Virus record (IMG/VR): IMGVR_UViG_2690316086_000007
Coordinates: 1 to 20,436 of that record
Direction: 5' to 3' (one strand)
DNA length: 20,436 bases
DNA from: a virus
Lineage: Duplodnaviria; Heunggongvirae; Uroviricota; Caudoviricetes
A program made the position numbers and the translations under genes. The notes under the pieces are model-generated. The model worked only from the letters and a program-made list of their open reading frames with translations. It was not told the DNA's origin and searched no databases. Shown in pieces: positions 6,874 to 15,614 of this stretch (the stretch's first letter is position 1; each line of letters begins with the position of its first letter).

Positions 6874-8624
6874 CAGAACTCCATAACCGTGAAACGCTCG
6901 TTTTCTCCTTCGCCGCCAATCGGTTCGTTAATGACAGCAAGCATGGTTGCCCACGCAAGGTCGCCGTGGCTGATCCCCCTCGCGCGATCCGTTTCGTAAG
7001 TGATAAAGCCGCCCGGTGTTTTCACCTTACGCACGGCGTTAAAGGCCGCGACCAGCTCGCGTTCGGCGCGATCGTATTCCCACCGCCCGGCACGCATTAT
7101 TTGCAGCATTTTCAGTACCAGCGACCGTTTTGATGACAGCGTGAAGGTGTACGGAATAGCAGCAGGGAAAAACCGTTTCACTATCTGATAAACAGCCTCC
7201 CCGTTCCCGCCCGTCACATCAATGCCGATGTGTTCCACGTTGTAGCGATACGTGAACTCTTCAATGACTCTGGCCTGTTCTTCAAACTCCAGCCCCTGAA
7301 CGCGTCGCGTCTCCACCGTTCGAAAACGGCCACCAGGAACAGCCGGAGGAACCACCACGGACACAGCGCCGCTGTCGCCGTTGCCACTGCTGCCGTTTGC
7401 GTCATACCCAATCCATACCGGACGATTCCCCATCGGTCGGGGAGCAAAAGGTTTCCAGTCTTTCCAGTCGTCGTATCCGTCAACACCGCAGCCAATCAGG
7501 ATATTCAGGTTAAATGCCGATTCCCCTTCGCGAACAAACTCACACATATAGAGATTGAGGAACTCGTCTTCGGTGTTTTCATCACGGATTTCGTCAATAT
7601 CGGTGTGTTTCCAGCCGTGATTAACCACATCTTCCAGCGTGACAATTTGTCGCCACGTCCGGTCAGGGCAGATAAGCCCGTTATGCAGCGTTTTCCAGTC
7701 CACAGAAAAACGCTGGCGTTTATGCGAGGCCTTTTTCTCGTTCCAGCGGTCGCCGTTCCAGTAGGCGTATGCCTCGTGCGTTTCGGTGGATGGCGTGGAG
7801 AAGTAGGTGCGCCGCAGTCCGCTGAGGGTTGCCATAGCGCCAGCTACCTTGCGCAGTTCAGCAAAGCGACTGACCCAGAAAAATTCATCAAAATAAAAAT
7901 TGCCCGTATAGGACTGTGCCGACGCAGCAGAAGTGCCGAGAAAATGCAGCTCTGCGCCGTTGGAGAGGATGATTTTATCGCCCCCTTTCAGCTCCACATC
8001 AACTTCAGCCGCGGCCTTCTGAATAATGCTTTTAAACTGGAACGCCTGACGACGCGACGCAGACAAAAAAATCTGGTTACGCTGGTAAGGTTGCGCCACA
8101 TCGTCACGCAGCGCCATCAGCAGAGCTTCCTGTGCAAAATACCAGGTCGCCCCAATCTGTCGGGATTTCAGGATCATCCTGTTACGTATCCCGGCTTCCC
8201 TGCAAAGGGTCAGGGAATCAAACCAGCCCCGCTGATGCCACTCCAGCCTGCTGATGATTTTTTCCCGCAGTGCGGCAATCTGTTCCGGCGTGAAATGATT
8301 TTTGAGTTTTTTCGCCCGGCCTTTCTTTCCTGTGACCGTCGCATCCGGCTGGCCATCATGCAGTTTTTTAAGCTGCCGGGTCAGCAGGTCTATTTCCTTA
8401 AAGTCACCGCCTGTTTTATTCTGTTTTTCAGTAAGCTGGATGAGGCGCGCATCGATGGACTGCGTGACACGCTGCACGGGTGGCGTTTCATCCCACTGGT
8501 CGCGTTTTTTCCACGCATAAATCGTGTTCGGGTTTATTCCCATCAGACGTGATATTTCTGCGGGCGGATAACCCTGCCAGTAAAGTTGCCGCGCACGCTG
8601 GCGCACAAAAGCGTCCTGAATCAT
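6873..8624 (-). CDS. P: Terminase large (ATPase) subunit, P2 gpP-like
   Basis: 583 aa; N-terminal HTH-like segment (PPAEISRLMGINPNTIYAWKK), Walker-A-like ILKSRQIGAT, size and position as in P2 P. Confidence 0.88.
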   Translation of the reverse strand: MIQDAFVRQRARQLYWQGYPPAEISRLMGINPNTIYAWKKRDQWDETPPVQRVTQSIDARLIQLTEKQNKTGGDFKEIDLLTRQLKKLHDGQPDATVTGKKGRAKKLKNHFTPEQIAALREKIISRLEWHQRGWFDSLTLCREAGIRNRMILKSRQIGATWYFAQEALLMALRDDVAQPYQRNQIFLSASRRQAFQFKSIIQKAAAEVDVELKGGDKIILSNGAELHFLGTSAASAQSYTGNFYFDEFFWVSRFAELRKVAGAMATLSGLRRTYFSTPSTETHEAYAYWNGDRWNEKKASHKRQRFSVDWKTLHNGLICPDRTWRQIVTLEDVVNHGWKHTDIDEIRDENTEDEFLNLYMCEFVREGESAFNLNILIGCGVDGYDDWKDWKPFAPRPMGNRPVWIGYDANGSSGNGDSGAVSVVVPPAVPGGRFRTVETRRVQGLEFEEQARVIEEFTYRYNVEHIGIDVTGGNGEAVYQIVKRFFPAAIPYTFTLSSKRSLVLKMLQIMRAGRWEYDRAERELVAAFNAVRKVKTPGGFITYETDRARGISHGDLAWATMLAVINEPIGGEGENERFTVMEF

Positions 8625-8778
8625 TGCTCCCCCTGAGTAATTACAGGAAGATTACCCGCGCGCGAAACTGTTCTCCTTAACCCCCTGTTCTGGCCGTTTT
8701 CTTACAACAAAAGCCCTTTGTATCAGCCTGTTACGCTTTGCCATCATGACTGAAGAACCAGTCAGAGGGGCAAAAACT
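8625..8778. promoter_or_regulatory. Divergent intergenic region between P (minus) and O (plus); expected late promoters
   Basis: 154 bp between divergent start codons. Contains ACA-N12-TGT dyad at 8704-8721; no clean TGT-N12-ACA (Ogr-type) match found. Confidence 0.4.
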
Positions 8779-9615
8779 ATGGCTAATGAAAAAAAGACAT
8801 CCCGCAAAAAGTTTCGCGTGGCTGTCTCCGGATCAACTGTTGATGGCCGCGAAATCAGCCCGGTACATCTGCGTGAAGCCGCCGAGAACTTCAACCCGGA
8901 TGTTTACGCTGCCCGCGTGAACGTTGAGCACTATCTCTCGCCATGCCCGTCAAGCGAATTTTCCGCAATGGGCGATGTCACCGCGCTAAGTACGGAAGAT
9001 ATTACGGAAGGCCCGCTGGCCGGACGTACTGCGCTGTATGCAGAAATCGAACCGACCGAGCGCATGAAGCAGCTTGTCGCTGACGGCAAGAAAATCTATT
9101 CCAGTATCGAACTGCACCCGCAGTTCTCCGTTAACGGGCGTGCCTATCTGGTCGGGCTGGCGATGACCGACACCCCGGCAAGCCTGGGCACTGAGCGCCT
9201 GAAATTCACGGCACAGCAGCGTCAGGCGGTGATGACGTTCAACAGTATCCAGGGTGAAGCACCGCTTATCTCCGAAGCCATCGAGTCTGAAATCATCGAA
9301 ATGGCAGAACAACGCCAGGAAGAAGGCACCCAGTGGTTTAACCGCGTAATGGGGATTATTGGTCGTGGCCGCAAAGCGGATGACGCCAGTTTCTCCCGTA
9401 TTCAGGAAGCGGTGGAAGGCGTTGCAACGTCACAGGCCGACATTATCGACCGTTTTAATGTGCTGGAAACCCGCCATCAGCAGGACAGCCAGAAAATCAC
9501 TTTACTGACCACAGAGCTGGCAGCACTGAAGGAAAAACTGCGCACGCAGGACGGCGATCCGCAGAATCGGTTCACCGCAACGGGCGCAGCCTCCGACCAG
9601 CTGGCTGACTTCTGA
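8779..9615 (+). CDS. O: Capsid scaffolding protein, P2 gpO-like
   Basis: Start ATG 8779 with GAGGGG RBS; MANEKKTSRKKFRVAVSGSTVDGREISPVHL..NPDVYAARVNVEHY parallels the P2 O N-terminus as recalled. Confidence 0.85.
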   Translation: MANEKKTSRKKFRVAVSGSTVDGREISPVHLREAAENFNPDVYAARVNVEHYLSPCPSSEFSAMGDVTALSTEDITEGPLAGRTALYAEIEPTERMKQLVADGKKIYSSIELHPQFSVNGRAYLVGLAMTDTPASLGTERLKFTAQQRQAVMTFNSIQGEAPLISEAIESEIIEMAEQRQEEGTQWFNRVMGIIGRGRKADDASFSRIQEAVEGVATSQADIIDRFNVLETRHQQDSQKITLLTTELAALKEKLRTQDGDPQNRFTATGAASDQLADF

Positions 9616-9638
9616 TAAGACAAAGGAGCAAATTTTTT

Positions 9639-10691
9639 ATGAATCTGGTGATGTCAGATATTACCCGCAACAAGCTGGGTTGCTATATGGCGCAGCAGGC
9701 GTCGCTTAACAATATCCCGGTTTCCGCACTGGTATCGCGATTTACCGTGGAACCCTCGGTACAGCAGCGTTTTGAAAACGCCTCAAAGGAAAGCACCGAA
9801 TTTACAAAAAGAATTAACGTGATCGGCGTGACCGACCAGAAAGGCGAAAAAATCCTCCTGGATACCACCGGGCCGATTGCGCGCACGAATACCAGTTATG
9901 ACGGCACAAAACGCCGTAACCCGAATAACGTGGTTGATCTGAAAAACCGCAAATACCAGTGCGAACAGGTGAACTACGACACGTTTATTTCGTATCCGCA
10001 GCTTGATGCCTGGTCGGCACACCCTGATTTTCAGTCCCGCATCAGCGCACAGATTGCCCGACAGGTGGCGCTTGACCGCATCATGATCGGTTTCAACGGC
10101 ACGTCTCACGCGGATGAGTCCAACTTCAGCACCAACAAGCTGCTTCAGGACGTTAACGTGGGCTGGCTGGAGCACATCAGAACCGACGCCAGCGAACGCG
10201 TTATGAATGACGTGACGCTGACCTCCCGCAACATGGACAACACCGTGGCGCACGCGGGTAAGTATGCGAACGCTGATGCACTGGTACAGGACGCGCGTTC
10301 ATCCCTGCTGGATGAATGGCACAAGGAAGCTGACGACCTCGTGGTGATTATGGGGCGCAACCTGTTTAACTCGCTGCGTCTGCCCGTGCTGAACAGCATC
10401 AGCGGCCAGAATCCCAATGCGGAATTACTCGCCGGGCAGCTCATCCTGTCATCGCGCACCATTGGCGGGCTGGGCGTGTTCCTTGCGCCGTTCTTCCCGG
10501 ATGCAACGATACTGATCACCTCGTTCAACAACCTGTCGATTTACTGGCAGAAAGGTTCAATGCGTCGCCTGATGAAAGACGAGCCGGAATACAACCGCAT
10601 CGCCACCTACCAGTCCATCAATGACGCTTATGTCGTTGAAGACTATGGCAAGTGCGCGATGGTCACTGGCCTGAAGTTCGCCGACAGCTAA
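9639..10691 (+). CDS. N: Major capsid protein, P2 gpN-like
   Basis: 350 aa; AAGGAG RBS. Motifs FTVEPSV, KYQCEQVNYD, IMIGFNG, LQDVNVGW, DLVVIMGR and NLSIYW are collinear with P2 N as recalled. Confidence 0.9.
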   Translation: MNLVMSDITRNKLGCYMAQQASLNNIPVSALVSRFTVEPSVQQRFENASKESTEFTKRINVIGVTDQKGEKILLDTTGPIARTNTSYDGTKRRNPNNVVDLKNRKYQCEQVNYDTFISYPQLDAWSAHPDFQSRISAQIARQVALDRIMIGFNGTSHADESNFSTNKLLQDVNVGWLEHIRTDASERVMNDVTLTSRNMDNTVAHAGKYANADALVQDARSSLLDEWHKEADDLVVIMGRNLFNSLRLPVLNSISGQNPNAELLAGQLILSSRTIGGLGVFLAPFFPDATILITSFNNLSIYWQKGSMRRLMKDEPEYNRIATYQSINDAYVVEDYGKCAMVTGLKFADS

Positions 10692-10700
10692 TCAACTCAC

Positions 10701-10719
10701 GGCGGGCATCATGCCCGCC
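10701..10719 (+). other. Perfect hairpin between major capsid gene N and M
   Basis: GGCGGGC-atcat-GCCCGCC, 10 nt after the N stop; no T-run follows. Possible mRNA-stabilising or attenuating structure. Confidence 0.3.
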
Positions 10720-10736
10720 AGTAACGGAGAGAACAA

Positions 10737-11537
10737 ATGATTACTCCTGCACAGCAACACTGGCAGAACGTGATGGCACAGCGCGCAGGCCGGGCGAATG
10801 AAGGCGTGGACCACGCCGCGCGTACCGCGCATGAAGAGGTGCTGTATCGTCTGCGTCTGGCACAGGCCCGGCTTAAGGGCGTACAGGCCAGAAGCGCGAA
10901 AGCCGCCATCAAAAAAGAGTTGTTGCCGGATTTTTCCGGCTGGATTGAGGGAACGCTGGAGGCTGACGGCGGGCAGCAGGATGAAGTGATTGCCACGCTG
11001 ATGGTGTGGGCGATTGACTGCGGCGATCTTCCGCTGGCGTTGCGTATTGGTGCGTATGTGGTCCGTCATAACCTCATTATGCCGGATAACTTTGGCCGTA
11101 CTGCTGCCACAGTGCTGACCGAAGAAATCTGCAACCCGGTACTGACGCAGGCCGGGGCGGATGCCGACGCGGATTTGTCCGCCTTTATCGAACCACTGGA
11201 CACCCTCCGGAAGATTGTCACCGACCAGGACATGCCGGACGAAGTACGCGCCAAATTATGCAAGGCGTGCGCCTTTGCCCGTCGTGGTCTGACCGATGCA
11301 GACAACATGGCCTTATCACTGAAGCTGCTGCGCGAAGCGATGCACCTGAACCCGAACGCAGGTGTGAAACGCGAGATTGCAACCCTTTCCCGCGCCCTGA
11401 AAAAAGCCGATTCCGCAGCCGAACCAGAAGACGCCAGCGCACAGCAGGCGCAGGACGAAAGCAGCAAAAGTAAAAAGACAACGCGGAAGCCTGCAACACG
11501 AAAAACCACCGCGACGCAGAAGGCGAAGCGCGGTTAA
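10737..11537 (+). CDS. M: Terminase small (endonuclease) subunit, P2 gpM-like
   Basis: 266 aa, GGAGAG RBS, position after N as in P2; basic Lys/Thr/Arg-rich C-terminal tail. Confidence 0.8.
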   Translation: MITPAQQHWQNVMAQRAGRANEGVDHAARTAHEEVLYRLRLAQARLKGVQARSAKAAIKKELLPDFSGWIEGTLEADGGQQDEVIATLMVWAIDCGDLPLALRIGAYVVRHNLIMPDNFGRTAATVLTEEICNPVLTQAGADADADLSAFIEPLDTLRKIVTDQDMPDEVRAKLCKACAFARRGLTDADNMALSLKLLREAMHLNPNAGVKREIATLSRALKKADSAAEPEDASAQQAQDESSKSKKTTRKPATRKTTATQKAKRG

Positions 11538-11552
11538 CGACTGACCCCGTCA

Positions 11553-11625
11553 GCGGGCGGCGTGCGCGGTGTTCCGGTTTGACTCCGTGACCGTTTACAC
11601 CGCGCACCCACCGCCCGATTTTTTT
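11553..11625 (+). terminator. Structured intrinsic terminator/attenuator between M and L
   Basis: Nested inverted repeats: GTGCGCGGTGT (11562-11572) pairs with ACACCGCGCAC (11597-11607), and GCGGGCGG (11553-11560) with CCGCCCG (11611-11617). A run of seven T follows at 11619-11625. Confidence 0.45.
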
Positions 11626-11639
11626 CAGGAGTGAACCCC

Positions 11640-12134
11640 ATGAGTATGGTTGCCAGAACTGAACCCAGACCCGCAGAGGACGACATCACCGATACCGATG
11701 ATGGCGATACCCGCATTTCAGCGGGTGCATTCTGGCCGGATATTGTGCTGCGCGAGCTGCGTCTGGCGGTACGACTGCCGGGCCGCGTGACCACCTCCCG
11801 CCTGCTGCATACTGCCACCGGGGCTGTGGCACACGTTACCCGCGAGCTGGAAGCATGGCAGCAGGAACAGCAGGCAGCTGGCCATCAGACGCTGGCCGAT
11901 GTTCCGGCACCCGTAATTAACGGAGAAAGCGTCAATCTCTGGCACTGGCGCAATGCTGTTTATACCGCCACGCGCGCCCTGATTCTGGAGCGTTATCGTG
12001 ATGCAGACACAACGGACAAGGGCGACCGCCGGGCGGACGCTCTGGATATACAGACATCGGATTTGTGGCGTGATGTGAGCTGGGCCATCTCTGACATTCT
12101 GTGCCGCCCGCGAATGTTTGCGGAGTTGTGCTGA
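11640..12134 (+). CDS. L: Head completion/stabilisation protein, P2 gpL-like
   Basis: 164 aa from ATG 11640 (CAGGAG RBS 8 nt upstream); position and size as P2 L; stop overlaps the X start (TGATG at 12132-12136). Confidence 0.8.
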   Translation: MSMVARTEPRPAEDDITDTDDGDTRISAGAFWPDIVLRELRLAVRLPGRVTTSRLLHTATGAVAHVTRELEAWQQEQQAAGHQTLADVPAPVINGESVNLWHWRNAVYTATRALILERYRDADTTDKGDRRADALDIQTSDLWRDVSWAISDILCRPRMFAELC

Positions 12135-12334
12135 TGAAAGTGAAGGCACTGGAAGGCGACACCGTGGATTCGCTCTGTTTCCGGTACTACGGCACGACGC
12201 AGGGCGTCACCGAAAAGGTGCTGGATGCCAACCCCGGACTCTGTCAGCAGGTATTTCTGGACGCCGGGCAGGAAGTTGAGATGCCGGAGCCGGAGAAGAA
12301 GAAACGAGAAATGATTCAGTTGTGGGGGGAGTAG
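12134..12334 (+). CDS. X: Tail protein X, P2 gpX-like
   Basis: 66 aa, MKVKALEGDTVDSLCFRYYGTTQGVTEKVLDANPGL, close to P2 gpX (MKTFALQGDTLDAICVRYYGRTEGV...) as recalled. Confidence 0.8.
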   Translation: MKVKALEGDTVDSLCFRYYGTTQGVTEKVLDANPGLCQQVFLDAGQEVEMPEPEKKKREMIQLWGE

Positions 12335-12336
12335 CA

Positions 12337-12660
12337 GTGAGCACCATTCAAACAGGGATCACAGAGCAGGTTATTGCGTGGCTCTTTGACCACCTGCCAA
12401 CGGTGTATGCAGCAGGCGCGGCGGTCAGCATTTCCGCGCTGATGAGTCTTTATGACGGACGAACACTGGTTCAGACCGTAACGGGATCGCTGGCGTGCGG
12501 CGTTCTTGCCATGGCCGTGGCCGGGTCGTTGCGCTTCTTCGGGTTTCCTGAAGATGCCGTGACGTTTATCGGCGCATCAATCGGTTTTATGGGTGCAGAG
12601 AAAGCACGCGACAAGGTTATTGCGGCCTTTAATCGCAGGGTGAAGGAGAAGGACGAATGA
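12337..12660 (+). CDS. Putative holin (3 predicted TM segments, charged C-terminus)
   Basis: GTG 12337 preceded by GGGGGGA; hydrophobic segments followed by EKARDKVIAAFNRRVKEKDE; stop overlaps the endolysin start (ATGA at 12657-12660). Start codon uncertain (GTG 12322 is an alternative). Confidence 0.6.
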   Translation: MSTIQTGITEQVIAWLFDHLPTVYAAGAAVSISALMSLYDGRTLVQTVTGSLACGVLAMAVAGSLRFFGFPEDAVTFIGASIGFMGAEKARDKVIAAFNRRVKEKDE

Positions 12661-13049
12661 GCAACACATTTAAATTCAGCAGCCGGAGCGAAAAGAATTT
12701 GCAGGGCGTAAATCCTGATCTGGTGAAAGTGACCCGACGGGCACTGGAAATCTCGGAAGTGGATTTTGGTATCACCGAAGGGTTGCGCAGCCGTTACCGC
12801 CAGAAGCAACTGGTGGCCACGGGTAAGAGCCAGACCATGAACAGCCGCCACCTTACGGGGCATGCCGTGGATGTTGTGGCTTATATCGGCAGCCAGGTGT
12901 CATGGGAATGGCCGCTGTACGAAAAAATCGCAGCAGCATTCAGACAGGCCAGCCGGGAACTGAATATTCCGGTGGAATGGGGCGGCGACTGGAAGACTCT
13001 GAAAGACGGACCGCATTTTCAGTTACCACACGGAGCCTATCCGGCATGA
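12657..13049 (+). CDS. Endolysin, peptidase M15-type (L-alanyl-D-glutamate peptidase-like)
   Basis: 130 aa; RHLTGHAVDV zinc-ligand motif and the size typical of small M15 endolysins; sits in the lysis-cassette position after the holin. Confidence 0.75.
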   Translation: MSNTFKFSSRSEKNLQGVNPDLVKVTRRALEISEVDFGITEGLRSRYRQKQLVATGKSQTMNSRHLTGHAVDVVAYIGSQVSWEWPLYEKIAAAFRQASRELNIPVEWGGDWKTLKDGPHFQLPHGAYPA

Positions 13050-13453
13050 AGCTCTGGCCCACGCTTGGCGTCGCTTTCCTTCTGATTGCCGGATGGGGAA
13101 CATCCATGCGTCTGTCGTGGTCGCTGGGCCGGGAGAACGCCAGAAACGAAGCGCAGGCCAGCACCCTGAAAAGTACCGCCGACACCCTGAATATCATCAG
13201 CGCCGGGGTACAGGATATGCAGCAGGTGCTGGCGCAACTCCGCGTGGAAAATCAGCAACGCAATCAGGACGGAGAGGTAAGACGTGAACAGCTACGCAAC
13301 GATATTGCAAAAGATGAATGCGCCCACGCTTTGCCTGACGCTCGTTTTACTGACAGGCTGCGCAGGCACGCAGAACGCGCCACTGCCAGCGCCGTCAGTC
13401 CGGCTTATACCGCAGACGCTGACCATACCGGTAACGCCTCCCCCCTTCCCTGA
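13046..13453 (+). CDS. i-spanin (LysB/Rz-like)
   Basis: ATG 13046 overlaps the endolysin stop (ATGA); N-terminal TM segment LWPTLGVAFLLIAGW followed by a coiled-coil-like region. The longer ORF from 12902 is rejected. Confidence 0.65.
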   Translation: MKLWPTLGVAFLLIAGWGTSMRLSWSLGRENARNEAQASTLKSTADTLNIISAGVQDMQQVLAQLRVENQQRNQDGEVRREQLRNDIAKDECAHALPDARFTDRLRRHAERATASAVSPAYTADADHTGNASPLP

Positions 13454-13604
13454 TACTCCCACATGGGGAAATCTCGGTATATGGGGCGACCGCCTTCTGG
13501 ATGCACTGGAAACCTGTAACGCGGATAAACGGGCCATTGAATTATTGGAACAGCGCAGGCTGCAACGACTGAACAACGAGGATAACAACCATGCTGAAAA
13601 CTGA
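13311..13604 (+). CDS. o-spanin lipoprotein (LysC/Rz1-like), overlapped in a different frame with the i-spanin gene
   Basis: Signal peptide with lipobox LLTGC, proline-rich mature part (PLPAPSV..PVTPPPFPDTP); starts inside the i-spanin ORF and extends past it. Start may instead be GTG 13284. Confidence 0.6.
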   Translation, partial: KMNAPTLCLTLVLLTGCAGTQNAPLPAPSVRLIPQTLTIPVTPPPFPDTPTWGNLGIWGDRLLDALETCNADKRAIELLEQRRLQRLNNEDNNHAEN

Positions 13605-14058
13605 TTCCCTGCGTGAAGCCATGACCCGTTCATGCCGATGGTGTCAGGCCAACCCGGAAAAATTCACCATTTTCGTGGAAAGCGGCAACATTGAAACGAC
13701 CGGAGAAACGCCCTCGTTTGTTTACCGCTATCAGATGGTGATGTTTGTCATGGATTACGCCGGGGAGCTGGACGACCTCACGCTGCCGCTACTGGCGTGG
13801 TTATCCGAAAATCAGCCACAGTTGTTGCTCAATCCGGAGCGTAATCAGGACATCAAATTCTCCGCCGTTATCAATGACGATGACAGCGCCGATCTCCTGT
13901 TTACGCTCCCCCTGCGGGAACGCGTTCGCATCACGCGCAGCAGTCAGGGCACACCGCAGGCAGAACACCTGCCTGAGCCAAAACCCCGCCTGCCATCTTC
14001 CGAAGGCGACTGGTCGCATGTATTCCAGGATGTGACGTGGGGTGAAAGCGATGGATAA
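13591..14058 (+). CDS. R: Tail completion protein, P2 gpR-like
   Basis: 155 aa; MLKTDSLREAMT.., LPLLAWLSENQP, FSAVINDDDSADLLFTLPL parallel P2 gpR as recalled. Confidence 0.8.
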   Translation: MLKTDSLREAMTRSCRWCQANPEKFTIFVESGNIETTGETPSFVYRYQMVMFVMDYAGELDDLTLPLLAWLSENQPQLLLNPERNQDIKFSAVINDDDSADLLFTLPLRERVRITRSSQGTPQAEHLPEPKPRLPSSEGDWSHVFQDVTWGESDG

Positions 14059-14686
14059 GGCATTCACCCGCGTGGATGAAACCTTTGATGCCATCCGCGA
14101 CAGCCTGAATCAGCAGGCCATCAATAACATCGCCAGAAAGCTGGCACAGGATTTACGCCGCGCCCAGCAGGCGCGTATCCGGTCACAGAAAGCGCCGGAC
14201 GGGACCGCGTGGACACCACGCAGACGCCGCGTAACCCGGATACAGGAACGCATTCGCTTTATCTGGAATAACGAAGCACGCACGCTGAAAAACTGGCATC
14301 ACGACACGGGGAAATACGGGCGAACCATTACCGGGTGGGATGAGGATAAAAACAATATCCGCACGTTTTACCGGGATGACATCGACCGTTTTCTGGAAAT
14401 ACGCACCCGGCGCATCAACCAGGACAGCACAAAGCGCGTCCCCATGTTCGTAAAACTGCGCACCGCCCGCTACCTGAAAGCCCGTGCAGATGCTTCCGGT
14501 GTGACGGTGGGTTACAGCGGCGTGGCCGCACGTATTGCCCGCGTTCATCAGTTCGGTGAGCGCGATCAGGTTGCGCCGGGCATTTTCACCGATTACCCGG
14601 TACGTGAGCTGTTGGGTATCAGCCAGGCAGATGAGCGCCTGATTTATAACACGGTGCTGGGCCGGATTGCGGAGGCTGTACGGTGA
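14051..14686 (+). CDS. S: Tail completion/virion morphogenesis protein, P2 gpS-like (longer than P2 S)
   Basis: ATG 14051 just before the R stop; positional equivalent of S between R and V. Start could be GTG 14042. Confidence 0.6.
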   Translation: MDKAFTRVDETFDAIRDSLNQQAINNIARKLAQDLRRAQQARIRSQKAPDGTAWTPRRRRVTRIQERIRFIWNNEARTLKNWHHDTGKYGRTITGWDEDKNNIRTFYRDDIDRFLEIRTRRINQDSTKRVPMFVKLRTARYLKARADASGVTVGYSGVAARIARVHQFGERDQVAPGIFTDYPVRELLGISQADERLIYNTVLGRIAEAVR

Positions 14687-15264
14687 GCGCAGAACTCATG
14701 CGACTGCTGAGCAACATCATCCGTACCGGGATCATCTCTGAAGTTGATGAGGAATCCTGGTGCGTGCGCGTTCGCAGCGGCGAACTGGAAACAGGCTGGC
14801 TGCGCTGGAACACCACGCGCGCGGGAGCCTTCAATGTGTGGCTGCCGCCATCACCAGGCGAACAGGTGGTAATTGCCTGCATTGGCGGCAACCCGGAAAC
14901 CGCCATGATAATTGGCAGCCTGTGGAGTGATGCCAGTCCGGCCCCCGGCAAAAGCCTGAACGAAATCGTGATCAGCGCGCCGGACGGCGCGGTGTTCCGC
15001 TACGACGCGGACGCAGGCGCACTGAGCGCCAGCGGCATGAAAACGGCCACTTTACAGGCATCCGTCAGCGTGAAACTGGATACGCCCGTCGTGGAATGCA
15101 CAAACCTTCTGAGAACGGCGACGCTTGACGTCATAAAAGGAGGAAAGATGAGCGGCAATATCACGCACAGCGGCGGCAACTTCACCTCAAACGGCATTAC
15201 CGTGCATACGCATAAACACGGTGGCGTGAAAGGCGGCAGCGATTCGACAGGAGGCCCGCAGTGA
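14683..15264 (+). CDS. V: Baseplate spike protein, P2 gpV-like
   Basis: GTG start overlapping the S stop (GTGA). IIRTGIISEVD, PSPGEQVVIA, VVECTNLL, IKGGKMSGNITHSGG and HTHKHGG are collinear with P2 V as recalled. Confidence 0.85.
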   Translation: MSAELMRLLSNIIRTGIISEVDEESWCVRVRSGELETGWLRWNTTRAGAFNVWLPPSPGEQVVIACIGGNPETAMIIGSLWSDASPAPGKSLNEIVISAPDGAVFRYDADAGALSASGMKTATLQASVSVKLDTPVVECTNLLRTATLDVIKGGKMSGNITHSGGNFTSNGITVHTHKHGGVKGGSDSTGGPQ

Positions 15265-15611
15265 CAACCCGCTACACAGGAATGAATCCGGACGGGACGG
15301 GAAACCTGAACGATATGGAGCACCTGAAACAGTCAGTCAGGGATATCCTGACCACCCCGCTGGCAAGCCGGGTTATGCGACGGGAATATGGCAGCCTTGT
15401 GCCTGATTTGATTGACGAACCCATGAATAACACCACGCGTCTGCAATGCATGAGTGCTGCCGTGATTGCACTGACACGATGGGAACCCCGCATTGCCCTG
15501 GATGCCATCGACGTTGTCTGGAAGGCAGGAGGCCGCGCCGGGGTGACGCTGTCGGGCACTGTCATGCAGACCATGCAGAATGTTGAATTAACCATCACGC
15601 TGAGAGAGTAA
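15261..15611 (+). CDS. W: Baseplate wedge protein, P2 gpW-like
   Basis: 116 aa; MTTRYTGMN.., ..PLASRVMRREYGSL match the P2 W N-terminus (MTARYLGMN..RVMRRDYGSL) as recalled. Confidence 0.85.
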   Translation: MTTRYTGMNPDGTGNLNDMEHLKQSVRDILTTPLASRVMRREYGSLVPDLIDEPMNNTTRLQCMSAAVIALTRWEPRIALDAIDVVWKAGGRAGVTLSGTVMQTMQNVELTITLRE

Positions 15612-15614
15612 ATC

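Noticed and set aside
7230-8552. 440-aa plus-strand ORF
   Set aside because: Lies entirely antisense within the well-supported terminase gene P; low-complexity Arg/Pro-rich translation, no RBS. It is a typical shadow ORF of a GC-rich gene.
8625-8778. Ogr-type late promoter dyad (TGT-N12-ACA)
   Set aside because: Only an ACA-N12-TGT arrangement (8704-8721) is present. I could not find the consensus orientation, so no specific activator site is called.
12902-13045. Upstream extension of the i-spanin ORF (start 12902)
   Set aside because: Overlaps the endolysin gene; the ATG at 13046 overlapping the endolysin stop gives the expected N-terminal TM segment.
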